64,000 bases of DNA from Candidatus Dojkabacteria bacterium (GCA_035444565.1 DAOMOX010000003.1:31488-95487); one strand, 5' to 3'. Counted from the stretch's first letter, positions 29,583-38,013 are shown. Numbers and translations: made by a program. The notes: generated by a model not told the origin, from the letters alone.

Positions 29583-29990
29583 TTATTTTAGTGTAACTTT
29601 TGCTCCAGCTTCTTCAAGTTCTTTCTTCAGTTTCTCTGCGTCTTCCTTGCTCAAAGCTTCTTTCACCATTTTAGGTGCAGCTTCAACTAGGTCTTTTGCT
29701 TCTTTAAGACCGATATTTGTAGCTGATTTTACAACCTTGATTACAGCGATTTTGTTAGCACCAATCTCTGTAAGTTCTACTGAGAACTCACTTTGTTCTT
29801 CTTCTGGTGCTCCTGCGTCTACTGCTGGGGCTGCTACTGCAAATGATGCTGGTGCTGCTGCACTAACTCCGAATTTATCTTCTAGAGCTTTGACTAATTC
29901 AGATACTTCTAAAACAGTCATTTTTTCTAGCATCTCTGCAATTTTTTTGGCATCACCCTTTAATTCTGTTGTTGTTTTTTCGTCTGCCAT
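29583..29990 (-). CDS. rplL: 50S ribosomal protein L7/L12
   Basis: [27 protein letters not shown]. Confidence 0.98.
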   Translation of the reverse strand: MADEKTTTELKGDAKKIAEMLEKMTVLEVSELVKALEDKFGVSAAAPASFAVAAPAVDAGAPEEEQSEFSVELTEIGANKIAVIKVVKSATNIGLKEAKDLVEAAPKMVKEALSKEDAEKLKKELEEAGAKVTLK

Positions 29991-30013
29991 TGTTTTAAAT
30001 TAATTAAATAAAA

Positions 30014-30538
30014 TTATGCTTGTTTATTGTCAGCTATTGCTTTCATAACATAAACAAGGTTTCTAGTATTTGCGTTTATTACATTAACAAAGCCTGTAAG
30101 TGGGGCATTGAACAAATTCAAAACTTGAGCGATTAATACGTCTTTACTTGGTAATTCAGCTAACTTTACAACTTCTTCTCCAGAGATTAGATTTTTATCA
30201 TAAATTCCTGCTTGTATTTCAACTCTTCCAGTATCTTTTGCGAATGTATTTATAACTTTTGCTGCTTCTGAGATATTCTCACCAGCAAAAACTACTGCAT
30301 GTTCGTTTGCGTCTAAGTTTTCAACAGCAGGTAAACCTTCTTGTTCAAGTGCGATTGAAAAAATCGAATTCTTAACCACATTGTAAGAAGATCCAACACT
30401 AATTAGGTCTTTTTTAATCTGTACCGATTCGTTTGCAGTGATTCCTGCAGGCTTAATAATAAAGACAGACTTAGAATTGTTAATTCTCTCTCTGTAGATT
30501 TTTACTAATTCCTCTTTAAATTTTCTGGTTTTAGCCAT
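30014..30538 (-). CDS. rplJ: 50S ribosomal protein L10
   Basis: VVKNS, LAELPSK; between rplA and rplL. Confidence 0.95.
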   Translation of the reverse strand: MAKTRKFKEELVKIYRERINNSKSVFIIKPAGITANESVQIKKDLISVGSSYNVVKNSIFSIALEQEGLPAVENLDANEHAVVFAGENISEAAKVINTFAKDTGRVEIQAGIYDKNLISGEEVVKLAELPSKDVLIAQVLNLFNAPLTGFVNVINANTRNLVYVMKAIADNKQA

Positions 30539-30552
30539 TGTATTTAAATAAT

Positions 30553-30665
30553 AAAAAAATGCCTGAACGGCATTTAGATAAATAATAATATTGTATCTGT
30601 TTTCCGTCTCGATAGGTCTTAATCTTACGAAGCTTCAGCGAAGTAAGATGCCTATTGTCTTTGAC
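30553..30665 (-). promoter_or_regulatory. L10 leader (rplJL autoregulatory RNA)
   Basis: Minus strand AAGACAATAGG...TTAAGACCTATCGAGA resembles the L10-leader core, followed by a hairpin ATGCC-GTTCA-GGCAT and a T run. Confidence 0.65.
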
Positions 30666-30702
30666 TTAATACACTAGATATTAAAGCAAATATTCAATTT
30701 TG

Positions 30703-31386
30703 TCAATTTGATTGAGTTGATTCGCTTACAACAAGGGCAGGTCCCATTGTAGGTTTTATGCGAATACTTGCGATGATAGAATTTCCGTATTTCTTTGTTA
30801 TCTCTCTTACAGACTTCATGAATGCTTCATAATTGGCAATTAATGCTTCTGGTTTCATATCGGTTTTTCCAATAACCATATTAAACTTACCTTCTTGTAA
30901 AAGTTTGTATGATCGTTGACCAGATTTGAATTTCTCTATAGTTTTTTCCATATCTGTTGTAACTGTTCCGTTTTTTGGATTGGGCATTAAACCTTTTCTT
31001 CCTAGTACTTTTCCGAGTCTAGCGATTTTAGGCATCATTGCAGGAATTGCAAGTACAACATCAAACTCCAATTCACCTTTCTCAACCTTACTAATTAATT
31101 CTTCGCCACCACTTATATCTGCAGATTTTGCGGTTTTGATATTGGTTGAATCTACAAAAGCAAGTACTTTCACTTCTTTTCCAAAATTATGAGGGAAAGA
31201 TAGAGACCCTCTGAAACTCTCTGATTTCTGTTTTTGATTCAGATTTAATCGAACTTCAACCTCAACACTTCCAGGGAATTTTGTTAATGAATTATCTTTA
31301 ATCATTTGCAGAATTTCCTCAGCAGAGTAGGACTTGTTTTTATCAATTTTTGTTTTCACAGCTTGATATTTTTTTGATCTTTTCAT
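30703..31386 (-). CDS. rplA: 50S ribosomal protein L1
   Basis: LGKVLGRKGLMPNPKNGTVT, PTMGP. Confidence 0.97.
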   Translation of the reverse strand: MKRSKKYQAVKTKIDKNKSYSAEEILQMIKDNSLTKFPGSVEVEVRLNLNQKQKSESFRGSLSFPHNFGKEVKVLAFVDSTNIKTAKSADISGGEELISKVEKGELEFDVVLAIPAMMPKIARLGKVLGRKGLMPNPKNGTVTTDMEKTIEKFKSGQRSYKLLQEGKFNMVIGKTDMKPEALIANYEAFMKSVREITKKYGNSIIASIRIKPTMGPALVVSESTQSN

Positions 31387-31409
31387 AATTAATTAGTGAA
31401 TATCGTAAT

Positions 31410-31844
31410 TTAATCAACCACTTCAATACCCATGCTATGAGCTGTTCCTTCAACGATTCTCATTGCGGAGTCAAGTTTAGTGGTATTTAAGTCTTGTAAT
31501 TTAATTTCTGCAATTCTCTTAACTTCAGATCGTTTAATTTTACCTACTTTTTTAACATTTGCTGTCTCTGAACCTTTTTTGATTCCTGTTGACTTTAAAA
31601 TCAGAGATGCTACTGGTGGAGTTTTCAATTCAATCTTGAATGATCTGTCTTCAAAAATTGTAAGTACACAAGGTATTACCTCTCCCATTTTGTCTTTGGT
31701 TTTATTATTATATTGATTAACAAAATCAGCGATATTTACACCATGGGGCCCTAGTGCTGTTCCAATAGGTGGGGCAGGGGTAGCCTTCCCGGCCTCAATT
31801 TGTAGTTTTACTATAGCTTTAATTTTCTTTGATGGAGCTGCCAT
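31410..31844 (-). CDS. rplK: 50S ribosomal protein L11
   Basis: AGKATPAPPIGTALG. Confidence 0.98.
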   Translation of the reverse strand: MAAPSKKIKAIVKLQIEAGKATPAPPIGTALGPHGVNIADFVNQYNNKTKDKMGEVIPCVLTIFEDRSFKIELKTPPVASLILKSTGIKKGSETANVKKVGKIKRSEVKRIAEIKLQDLNTTKLDSAMRIVEGTAHSMGIEVVD

Positions 31845-31862
31845 TATTTTAAATCTTCAAAT

Positions 31863-32444
31863 TTATAATTTAGATACTTTTATAAAATCGAGGGAAACAG
31901 GTGTTTCTCGACCAAATACTGATAGGAGAACTGTTACCTGACCTTTGTCTTCGTTGATTTCACTGATAGAACCGATAAAGTCAGCAAAAGGACCGTCTAC
32001 AACTTTCACAGCATCTCCAACTGAAAATGCAAATTGATATGCAGGTTGCTTCACATCCATGTATGCAATGATGCTTTGGGCTTCCTTTTCACTTAAAGGT
32101 GTAGGCTTTTTCTCTGTACCAATGAAACTAGTAACTCCTTCGGTATTTCTGACAATTTGCCATGTTTCCTCATTCATATCCATACACACCAAGACATAAC
32201 CCGGGAAAATTCTCTCCTCAACAGTCTTTTTCTTACCTGCTGAAACGACAATTTTCTCTTGTGTTGGAACAACTACATCGCTTACTGATTCTTCGAGATC
32301 ATTTGCTTTTACTCTTTGCTTGATTTGATTTGCCACTTTCTTTTCATGTCCAGAGTATGTACTGATGATAAACCATTTATGATCTTTGTTGGCTTTAGAC
32401 TTTGGTTCTTCAGGTTTTAAGTCTTTTTCTGAATCTGTTTTCAT
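31863..32444 (-). CDS. nusG: Transcription factor NusG
   Basis: TYSGHEKKV, FPGYVLV, KOW motif DGPFADF, FGRETPV. Confidence 0.98.
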   Translation of the reverse strand: MKTDSEKDLKPEEPKSKANKDHKWFIISTYSGHEKKVANQIKQRVKANDLEESVSDVVVPTQEKIVVSAGKKKTVEERIFPGYVLVCMDMNEETWQIVRNTEGVTSFIGTEKKPTPLSEKEAQSIIAYMDVKQPAYQFAFSVGDAVKVVDGPFADFIGSISEINEDKGQVTVLLSVFGRETPVSLDFIKVSKL

Positions 32445-32445
32445 T

Positions 32446-32655
32446 TTAGATGTTCAATGTTAAATAATTTCTAGCATAGTTAAATAATCCATCTAGTAGC
32501 AATAAAGCTATAGAGAATAGAATCGAAATAACTATAACAATGTGAGTATTTTTAAGAGTCATTGATCGAGTAGGGAACTCAACCAATTTTAACTCTAGAA
32601 AAATACCTCTCACGAATGAAAAAATACGTTTAGGTAGTTGTATCATTGCTTTCAT
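32446..32655 (-). CDS. secE: Preprotein translocase SecE
   Basis: ELKLVEFPTR plus one TM helix; tRNA-Trp-secE-nusG synteny. Confidence 0.9.
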   Translation of the reverse strand: MKAMIQLPKRIFSFVRGIFLELKLVEFPTRSMTLKNTHIVIVISILFSIALLLLDGLFNYARNYLTLNI

Positions 32656-32723
32656 AATGTTGATTATATCAATAATATCTATATTTTACTATTTAGTTTT
32701 TTTATTAAATTTTCAATTTTAAG

Positions 32724-32875
32724 TACAGGGTCACTAGCCCCGTATTTAATACGGGGGAACCTAGACGAAAGTATTTTGTTATTTACTTGTATACTTTCAT
32801 ACAGGGTCACTAGCCCTGGATTAAATCCAGGGGAACCTAGACGAAAGTATTTTGCTTTTTACTTAGATACTTTCA
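32724..32875 (-). repeat. Two 76-bp tandem units, each a tRNA-Trp 3' fragment with a palindrome in the T-loop
   Basis: TACAGGGTCACTAG at 32724, 32800 and 32876; inserts CCCCGTATTTAATACGGGG and CCCTGGATTAAATCCAGGG. Confidence 0.9.
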
Positions 32876-32877
32876 TA

Positions 32878-32949
32878 CAGGGTCACTAGGATTCGAACCT
32901 AGACGAGAGGTTTTGGAGACCTCCATGCTACCATTGACATCATGACCCT
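32878..32949 (-). tRNA. tRNA-Trp(CCA)
   Basis: Cloverleaf with CCA anticodon; upstream of secE. Confidence 0.93.
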
Positions 32950-33132
32950 TCGTCGCAACAAGGCTCCAGCTTTCGTGAAGATGCTAAAGTACTTCACTTC
33001 AGCTTCCACCTGTTGCTCCTTTGAGATTTTAACTCCTTATAGTCGTTAAAATCTTAAAAGAAAATTATTAAAGAACGTTCATTATTCTAGCCTTTTAATC
33101 TCTTAATATTAAAATTTTTTAATTTTTAAATA

Positions 33133-33300
33133 TTATTTAACCTTTGATTCAACAAACTTCTCGTGTTTACGTGTTTTCTTATCGAACTTTTTGGTTTCAA
33201 TTTTTTCGTTCGTATTTATTCTATTTTTCTTTGTTATATAAAATGTACCAGTCTTAGGATTGGCCATTTTAATAATTATTCTGTTTCCTTTTTTTGCCAT
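33133..33300 (-). CDS. rpmG: 50S ribosomal protein L33, Cys-free form (55 aa; below the ORF-track cutoff)
   Basis: MAKKGNRIIIKMANPKTGTFYITKKNRINTNEKIETKKFDKKTRKHEKFVESKVK; canonical position. Confidence 0.93.
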   Translation of the reverse strand: MAKKGNRIIIKMANPKTGTFYITKKNRINTNEKIETKKFDKKTRKHEKFVESKVK

Positions 33301-33462
33301 TATTTTTGTTATTAATAGTTATTTAAATTTTTTATTGAATAATCGTCAATGTGTCGATAATCAAACTTATAAAGATCCCAGATCCCGTAAGATCTTCCTA
33401 TAGTCGATCTACGGGATTACAACTTTTCTAATTTCGCTTTGCTCAATAAGAAAAGTTAGTAA

Positions 33463-33758
33463 GCTGGAGAGGGGACTCGAACCCATGACCGACGGTTTAT
33501 CCCGCTGGAGCTGGGGGAGAGATTCGAACTCTCGACCTACTGTTTATCACTCCTCAGCTGGAGAGGGGACTCGAACCCATGACCGACGGTTTACAAAACC
33601 GTTGCTCTACCAACTGAGCTACTCCAGCTGAGGAGTGACTCTAACCAACTGCCTGTCCCACGTAGCTTAAGCGAAGCGGGAAGCTATCCCAGCTCCTGCG
33701 GGACTCTACCTAACTGCTTGTCCACCGTAGCTTTAGCGTAGGTGGAAGCTACTCCAGC
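33463..33758 (-). pseudogene. Two concentric broken tRNA-Thr shells enclosing the intact tRNA-Thr(UGU)
   Basis: 3' halves 33463-33499 and 33510-33546; 5' parts 33639-33693 and 33704-33758; joined by 10-bp inverted linkers. Confidence 0.85.
33556..33628 (-). tRNA. tRNA-Thr(UGU)
   Basis: GCTGGAGTAGCTCAGTTGGTAGAGCAACGGTTTTGTAAACCGTCGGTCATGGGTTCGAGTCCCCTCTCCAGC cloverleaf. Confidence 0.95.
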
Positions 33759-33852
33759 ATAGTATATTTATTATAAAGAGCTATTCTAATCTTTTGCCTG
33801 CCAGAGGCAGACACTCAATTCATCTACAACTCACCACGTTCGTTGGATGAAT

Positions 33853-33872
33853 TGGTGCAGAGGGAGGGATTC
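33853..33872 (-). pseudogene. tRNA-Tyr 3' fragment with encoded CCA
   Basis: 17 nt identical to the tRNA-Tyr 3' end plus TGG; breaks in the T-loop. Confidence 0.7.
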
Positions 33873-33973
33873 CCCATGCAATCTCACTACGTTCGATTCA
33901 CGGAGTAAACTTCTCATCCCGATCGATAATTCGAACAAAACGTTTTTATTATAACGAGCTTTTACAAATTAAT

Positions 33974-34056
33974 TGCAGAGGGAGGGATTCGAACCCCCGT
34001 AGACTCTCGCCGCCAGATTTACAGTCTGGTACGTTTGACCGCTCCGTCACCTCTGC
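33974..34056 (-). tRNA. tRNA-Tyr(GUA)
   Basis: Cloverleaf with long variable arm; loop CTGTAAA. Confidence 0.94.
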
Positions 34057-34356
34057 TGCGTCGTCGAAGCAAAGTTCTAGCTCTTCCGTATTTAGTAAAG
34101 TACTTATGAATTCAGAACTTTCTAAAAATCAGCAAAAAGCATTAAATCCTTGCAAATCAAAGAACAATTGAGTATATCTCAAACCTCATTTTTTTTCCAA
34201 TTTTAAATAAGCCTGTGGCGGTTTTTATTCTTAAAATGGGAAATTATTAAAGGGTAGAAAGATTTTATCAGTAAAATGATTAAAAAAGAAGAGAAATAAT
34301 AATTTTTGGAAAATAAACTATTGAGATGTAAAATTAACAATAAAGTTAATTTATGT

Positions 34357-34431
34357 GGGCTTATAGTTTAATTGGTAAAATACCGCATTCGCATTGCGGA
34401 GCTATGGGTTCGATTCCCATTAAGTCCACCA
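34357..34431 (+). tRNA. tRNA-Ala(CGC), CCA encoded
   Basis: G3:U70, anticodon loop TTCGCAT, ends ACCA. Confidence 0.9.
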
Positions 34432-34622
34432 GTGGTGTGTGAGTGAAACGAACACAGACCACTGGTAGGACTCTGAACTAGATTCAGGGTCTTTAAAAGT
34501 CCAGCGAACAAAGTGAGCTGATGACAAATTGAGTGTAAAGTAAAATTTCGTAGAAATTTGTACGGGACCTTTGCTGGTAAAATCAAATTTTTTTATCATC
34601 TAATTAATTCTTTGTAATTCAA

Positions 34623-34922
34623 ATGAGATACAAAATCCAAAAAGACAGATATTATAAGAGTAGAGGTTCGAACACGAAGCTCTACCAAATAAAATGTAGT
34701 AGTTGTATGTCTAAAATTGCTAAATATCAAAAAGATGGACCAGGGATTCTTAAACGACTATATTTAGACAGAATATTCGATATTAATACTAAATCTGAGA
34801 ATAGTGATTTATACTGCGATAATTGTGATACTTTAATAGGAATTCATTACATTTATAAACCTGAGAAAAGACCTGCTTACAGGCTTTTCGTGGGGGCAAT
34901 TTCAAAATCCATTATCAAATAA
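34623..34922 (+). CDS. Hypothetical zinc-ribbon protein
   Basis: CxxC..YQKDGPG.LKRLYLDRI..CxxC. Confidence 0.75.
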   Translation: MRYKIQKDRYYKSRGSNTKLYQIKCSSCMSKIAKYQKDGPGILKRLYLDRIFDINTKSENSDLYCDNCDTLIGIHYIYKPEKRPAYRLFVGAISKSIIK

Positions 34923-34926
34923 CCTG

Positions 34927-35208
34927 ATGTGCAACTTATATATATTATTATGCAGGGACAACTCACTTTATACAGGTGTTGCTAAAGATATTGAAGAGCG
35001 TTTAGAAGTACACAATAGTGGCAAAGGGTCAAAATACGTTAACAGCAGGAAGCCATTTAAATTAATTTATACGGAATGTTTCGAGAGCTGGTCTGAAGCT
35101 TTGAAACGAGAGATTGAGATTAAGAAATGGAGTAGGGAGGAGAAAATAAATCGTCTTAAATTAAATATTGGGAATCTTCGAAACACCCCCCATATTGTCC
35201 GTAAATAG
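34927..35208 (+). CDS. GIY-YIG nuclease, UPF0213 (YhbQ/YazA-like)
   Basis: LYILLCRDNSLYTG...R...HN.GKGSKY...E...ALKRE..IK. Confidence 0.9.
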   Translation: MCNLYILLCRDNSLYTGVAKDIEERLEVHNSGKGSKYVNSRKPFKLIYTECFESWSEALKREIEIKKWSREEKINRLKLNIGNLRNTPHIVRK

Positions 35209-35260
35209 GTTGATTCGACAAGGTAGGTATGATATCATTATATATAATTATTTTAATATC

Positions 35261-35464
35261 ATGTCTGGATCTACATCACCATTATTACAAGTTGGTCAAG
35301 TTGCTGGATTAGCCACAGCATCTGGAGCTTCTGGAATGGTCCTTGCCGCAACCGGCAGCTCGATTTTTCAATATTTATTTGTTGGTTTTGGACTTGTGTT
35401 CGCCCTAGTTCTTATAACTAGGACTATAAAAACAATTTCCACCGATATTGAAAACCACAATTGA
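35261..35464 (+). CDS. Small Gly/Ala/Ser-rich membrane protein with LAATG motif (67 aa from ATG 35261)
   Basis: LAATG followed by a hydrophobic helix and RTIK; stop overlaps the GT2 start. Confidence 0.65.
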   Translation: MSGSTSPLLQVGQVAGLATASGASGMVLAATGSSIFQYLFVGFGLVFALVLITRTIKTISTDIENHN

Positions 35465-36720
35465 TATTTATTGCATATCTAGTCTTTGTTCTAAGTGCTA
35501 TCAATCTAATCAGGATGGCTTTTTTTCTTATAGGAAGTGACGTTCACGATATAATTCGGAGTAGAAGACATGGCCAAAAAGAATTACAAGAATATAATCC
35601 ATTAGTAACGGTAATCGTTCCTGCTCATAATGAAGAAAAAACGCTATTAAGAAACATCAAAAGTGTAGCAGCAAGCACTTATAAGTACATTGAGCTTATC
35701 ATTGTAAATGATAGCAGTACTGACGCAACTAAGAGAATTGCTTGTAAATTTCAAAGAGAATATTTTGGAGTAAAAGTAGTGGATGTTCAAGTTCGTGGAA
35801 AAGCTAAAGCATTAAATCTCGGACTTAAATATGCTAATGGTACATTAGTTATGTGTTTAGATGCCGACTCAATGCTATCTCCAAATGCAATAGAAAACGC
35901 TGTCAAGGAATTTAGAGATGAGAACTTAGTAGCTCTTTCTGCCAATGTCAAAATTCTCGCTGATAAAGGGTTCTTAAATTTGCTTCAACGCGTTGAGTAT
36001 TTGTTGAATTATCAGATGAAAAAGGCCGAGGTCTTTGCACATATCCAATATATTATTGGGGGAGTAGGGTCTATGTATAGATTAACAGAATTAAAGGAAG
36101 TTGGTTTATATGATACGGATACAATAACCGAAGATATAGATCTTTCCATGAAAATAATTGAATTTTACGGAAAAGACAAAAAAATTGGTTATAGTCCAAA
36201 TGTTGTCGTATACACTGAAGCGGTCTTGAGCTTACCAGATTTGTATAAACAAAGAATTAGATGGAAATACGGGAGATATCAGTCATTCTTTAAACGAAGA
36301 AAGTTGTTCTTTTCCACTCGATACAACTTTTTACTAAGTTGGATATACTTACCTTATGCACTTTATGCCGAATTCTCTTATTTACTTGAGCCGTTGATTC
36401 TGGGTTACGTCCTATACCTGATTATTCAGGTGAACGATTATGGAACGTTGATTACATGTATAATTGTATTTGTTACTTTTACAACGTTCCAAATGTTGGG
36501 AGCTTCTAACGGTTATAATTTAGTGGAACGATTGAAATTATCCTTTTTATCGATTCTGTTAATGGTTCCTATGTATCTTGTAGTGTATTATGAGTATTTA
36601 GTGAGTGTTGTTGGATTGATAAGCATTAAAAAAATTATGTCCGAAAGAAAAAAAGGTACATTTAATTGTGAGTGGAATCCTGTTGAGAGATCTGGGAGTA
36701 CTACATTCATCGGTGGCTGA
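35461..36720 (+). CDS. Processive GT2 glycosyltransferase (PgaC/IcaA-like)
   Basis: VPAHNEE, DAD, TED and QRIRW motifs; C-terminal TM helices. Confidence 0.9.
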   Translation: MIFIAYLVFVLSAINLIRMAFFLIGSDVHDIIRSRRHGQKELQEYNPLVTVIVPAHNEEKTLLRNIKSVAASTYKYIELIIVNDSSTDATKRIACKFQREYFGVKVVDVQVRGKAKALNLGLKYANGTLVMCLDADSMLSPNAIENAVKEFRDENLVALSANVKILADKGFLNLLQRVEYLLNYQMKKAEVFAHIQYIIGGVGSMYRLTELKEVGLYDTDTITEDIDLSMKIIEFYGKDKKIGYSPNVVVYTEAVLSLPDLYKQRIRWKYGRYQSFFKRRKLFFSTRYNFLLSWIYLPYALYAEFSYLLEPLILGYVLYLIIQVNDYGTLITCIIVFVTFTTFQMLGASNGYNLVERLKLSFLSILLMVPMYLVVYYEYLVSVVGLISIKKIMSERKKGTFNCEWNPVERSGSTTFIGG

Positions 36721-36754
36721 CTGAAACTTATTTTAAAACAGTAATATTGAGACC

Positions 36755-37321
36755 TCAAATAAACTTTTTCAATTTCTCAACATAATCAATAATCTTTTCG
36801 TAGATAATCCAACAGGGCATAAACTCTTCGTTCTTCGAACGGACTTTAGTTTTAAAGTCATCGAAGTCAAACCAAAATAGACCTTCAACTTCAGCATTTT
36901 CCACATTTAAGTTTATTTCTTCGTCAAGATTTAGAATATATATATGAACAAATTCGTTCTCAGATAAATCGACTTTAGGATTATGATATCCAACTCTATC
37001 AATACCTAGATAGGTTAAATCATCGGTTTTAATTTGTAAATTTATTTCTTCTCGTGATTCTTTTACTAAAGTGGAAAGTGGTGCTGCCCCAGATTTAATG
37101 TGGCCACCAACTGGGCATGCGTACATACTTGCAAACAGCATCTTATCTTTCGAGCGTCTTTGAAATAATACACGATTATTTTTATCTAAAATGTATAGAT
37201 GTATAGACTGATGCCAATTTCCATCTTTATGGATTAAGTCTCGAGTTTTTGATTGAGATGTAACCCTTCCTTGATTATCTAAGATGTCTATTGTTTCTGA
37301 TTTATTATCGGCTGTGTTCAT
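36755..37321 (-). CDS. NUDIX hydrolase (type-1 IPP isomerase/YfcD-like)
   Basis: H..G.WH, QRRS..K, GGH, Nudix-like ESREEI, EFVH, EV. Confidence 0.8.
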   Translation of the reverse strand: MNTADNKSETIDILDNQGRVTSQSKTRDLIHKDGNWHQSIHLYILDKNNRVLFQRRSKDKMLFASMYACPVGGHIKSGAAPLSTLVKESREEINLQIKTDDLTYLGIDRVGYHNPKVDLSENEFVHIYILNLDEEINLNVENAEVEGLFWFDFDDFKTKVRSKNEEFMPCWIIYEKIIDYVEKLKKFI

Positions 37322-37495
37322 TTAATATAATTTTAAATATTTATTTATTACTTTATCACTATACACTTTATTCTGAAAAGCATTGAAGCGGGGGAACTCA
37401 AGTCGATGAATTTGACAAACAATTGGTAGGGGAGATCCCGTACAACTCCTTTTAGTCGTTTACTGGATTACAGAGTTTCTAAATTCATGTGTGTC

Positions 37496-38013
37496 TTGAA
37501 AAGATCCTCGATAATTTCGCTTCGCTCAATTTCGAGGATTATTGATTTGCTAAGCTCATGCTTCGCTAAGAATATGCCTTGTATTAGATCCCGTACAACT
37601 CCTTTCAGTCGTTTACGGGATTACAACTTTTCTAAACTCGCAAGCTCGTTAAGAAAAGTTAGTAAGCTGGAACAGAGATTCCTAAACCAGCTGTTGGTGA
37701 AGAATGAACCTTACAGCTGGTTAGTCCCTGCCTTCAGATTTTTATCTGAAGGAGGGGAGAACTCAATTGGACCGTATTTAGATAAACAAAACAAGGGAAG
37801 ATCCTGTGCAATTAAATGTAGTGTTAATTGAAAAGATCCTCGATAATTTCGCTTCGCTCAATTTCGAGGATTATTGATTTGCTAAGCTCATGCTTCGCTA
37901 AGAATATGCCTTGTATTAGATCCCGTACAACTCCTTTCAGTCGTTTACGGGATTACAACTTTTCTAAACTCGCAAGCTCGTTAAGAAAAGTTAGTAAGCT
38001 GGAACAGAGATTC
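37496..38013. repeat. 186-bp direct repeat (37496-37681, 37828-38013) built from hairpins and ending in the tRNA-Thr(GGU) 3' end
   Basis: Copies identical by eye, offset 332 bp. Confidence 0.92.

Noticed and set aside
32724-32949. Repeat-spacer periodicity as a CRISPR array
   Set aside because: The repeats are tRNA-Trp sequence, the spacers are near-identical, and no cas genes are in the window.
33463-33758. Intron-containing or split tRNA genes
   Set aside because: The shells lack about 11 nt including most of the anticodon loop, so splicing could not restore a tRNA; no ribozyme core or BHB motif is evident.
37385-37433. TGAAGCGGGGGAACTC and TGGTAGGGGA as relics of other tRNA 3' ends (for example tRNA-Gly)
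   Set aside because: Matches are too short to support.
34432-38013. Prophage or integrative element bounded by tRNA att repeats
   Set aside because: No integrase, transposase or phage genes; the duplicated tRNA ends enclose only hairpins.
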